Origin: Eledone cirrhosa | Lineage: Eukaryota | Length of the DNA stretch: 64,000 nucleotides | Assembly (NCBI GenBank): GCA_964016885.1 | Contig: OZ024745.1 | Coordinates: 41,788,001 to 41,852,000 of the forward strand | Reading direction: 5' to 3' | In this document: positions 61,910-64,000 of the stretch, one piece after another | Layout: the number at the start of each line of letters is the position of its first letter | How positions within the stretch are numbered: the stretch's first letter is position 1 | Translations under genes and position numbers: made by a program | Notes under the pieces: generated by a model | Seen by the model: only the letters and a program-made list of their open reading frames with translations | Database searches by the model: none | What the model was told of the DNA's origin: nothing

Positions 61910-62065
61910 GATTCTGATGGGCCCCGATGATCTCATGGCTATCCCGGACATACACACTGCTGAGAAAGTGGAGAAGAGGTTAATTACCCTGATGAATAAA
62001 GGCAGGAAACCCCGTTTCTACACGTGTAACACTAAAGGTAACCTGAGGACCCCTTGCCCATTTTG
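61910..62065 (+). pseudogene. Possible decayed LINE ORF1/gag zinc-knuckle fragment
   Basis: IPDIHTAEKVEKRLITLMNKGRKPRFYTCNTKGNLRTPCP resembles GR.P.C..C...GH....CP with two ligands lost. Confidence 0.35.
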
Positions 62066-63265
62066 GCAGAGTGGTTAGAGTGTTGGGTGTTTGTTCCGGG
62101 TGACTGCATTCTGAGTTGAGATTCCGCAAGAGCCAACCTTGTCTTTTATTCCTTCGGTGTCAATAAAGAAATTCCCAACGCGGAGTTGATGCATCCTTCT
62201 CTCCTTCCAGCTGCCACATTCTGAATGTTGCACTAGATCAGGGAATAGAGGGTAGAAAGGATGTATGTCTGCTTGTGACTGCATGGACACCTAAAGCCCT
62301 TAGCGAAAAATTAGTAGATACTACCAAATCATACTCGATTGCAAGTGAGAATTGTAGTTAGTACCAGCATATTTAGCAGCAATGAGTGACATAAGAGATG
62401 TTCAACATAAAATGTCGTTGGGTTCTTTATATTCCTTGAACGTAATCCGTCTATTACATATTCCAATTTTAAAGATGAAAGGCAAAGTTGACCTCGGGTG
62501 GATTTGAACTGATTAGAATGTAAAGGATCGTAAATAGAGGTCGCAAAACATTAGTTTCAAGGCTGTAACTATTCTAACTACCTCCAGCTCGCTAAGGTGT
62601 ACGAAATATTAATCATGAAATATTAAACATGACCTTGATAAATATTGCCAAAAGCATACTAATGCACCATTTGTTTCGAAAATGTTATAAAATGATTCAT
62701 AAGAATAATTAGAAGATTGGAGAGAAGAAGGGGGGATGAGAAAGGAGGAGTATGTGTATGATATCAACGTTTAACTGCTACTATTAAGTTATCTTTTAAT
62801 CCTTCAAATACACTTGATCCAATAACTGAAATACACCCAAAATATAGAATAATCAAGATCCGCTAATTGCTGTATAAAAGAATGTTCACGTGAGTCATTA
62901 AAGTATTATAAATTGTTAGTATACCTTTGTTAACACCACAAGGACTCCCTCACTGTGTTAAACATGCCTAAGTAAGGGCTAAGTAATTTGGTGTGTAAAT
63001 GTGATTTAGTTGATTAGTTTGGTGCTTCTTCAATAATGCCCCTTAGCACCTCAGGCTGTATTATATACTGTGTAAATTATCGCTATATTATTGTGAGGTA
63101 CGATAATTGCAAATAAAACGCTGAAATATTTCTGGGTGTTTTATACTTTTACACATTTCTGGATGGCGTGGTGTAATTACTGCACGATATTGTCATATGT
63201 AAAATATGCCCCCCTCTCCCTTCTCTCACTACGTACATATATACATGCATACATTTATACTTACA

Positions 63266-63300
<35 letters not shown>

Positions 63301-63306
<6 letters not shown>

Positions 63307-63484
63307 CAGTATATAGACAGAAAACACAAAAGTGGGGTTATGTTTTCATTTACAAGGGGAAGAGAACCACTAAAGTGAAGGATATAAGGTCTACGAAAAG
63401 TGAAGAAAATACATAATAATGTAAAGCCCTTGTAAATGAAAACATAACCCCTTTTTGTGTTTTCTTCTCTATATACTGTATTAT
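63301..63484. repeat. Fold-back inverted repeat, about 58-bp arms, next to (TA)n
   Basis: ATAATACAGTATATAGA...TTTCATTTACAAGGG (63301-63358) and reverse complement at 63427-63484. Confidence 0.85.
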
Positions 63485-63563
63485 TGAGAGCCCGGTAATG
63501 TATTCCTTGAGCTCATAAAATTGCAGGGGAGTAACGTGAGTCTTTAACTCCGTTTTTTTTCCA

Positions 63564-63595
<32 letters not shown>

Positions 63596-64000
63596 CATAA
63601 ATATCATAATACGAAAGGTGATGCACAGCTGTAGCTGTCTGTTAGTCCTATGCAGCTGTTTGCATTTTCTGCTCATAAAATATTTATATATATCAACGCT
63701 GCACGCGACCATTTTTGGGGTAAACTGCTATGACACCATCTCTCCTCTGTTTCTCTCTTTGTCACCCTTCTCTCTTTCTCCCCCTTTCTCTCTCTTTCTA
63801 TTTACTTCTCTTCTACTTTCACCTTGTTCAACCTTTCATTACTTTCAGCATTAACATGTTGCATATTGTACATGCAACGTTCGTTGTGTCTATTTTTAGT
63901 AATTTCTTAGGAATTTTTTTACATATTTATTTCTGTTATTATCGGAAGACACCCGCAAATTTTCCTGTCCGTCCTTTGTTTTATTATCGACTCACATGCA

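Overview
Eukaryotic, AT-rich, microsatellite-dense DNA, very likely from an octopus (inferred from a cephalopod-type mitochondrial 16S insert and the SINE/LINE content). The only host coding sequence I can support is one minus-strand exon (45442-45631) encoding the first LIM domain of an Lmx1-type LIM-homeobox gene, so most of the window is probably intronic. Almost all listed ORFs are microsatellite artefacts. Mobile DNA includes one intact RTE-group LINE (34672-37981), CR1, RTE and L1/Tx1-like remnants, several tRNA-SINE families, two MITEs and a NUMT. Two linked patterns stand out. (1) About a dozen minimal type-I hammerhead ribozyme motifs from at least six sequence families sit mostly in short modules embedded in (TA)n. 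One lies downstream of a decayed Penelope-like GIY-YIG ORF, and two have a branched stem II. (2) About 13 fold-back inverted duplications (26 bp to about 800 bp arms) nearly all abut or are centred on (TA)n tracts, and they involve these modules, a SINE and the LINE 3' end. All alignments, folds and mismatch counts were done by eye, and no ribozyme activity is demonstrated.
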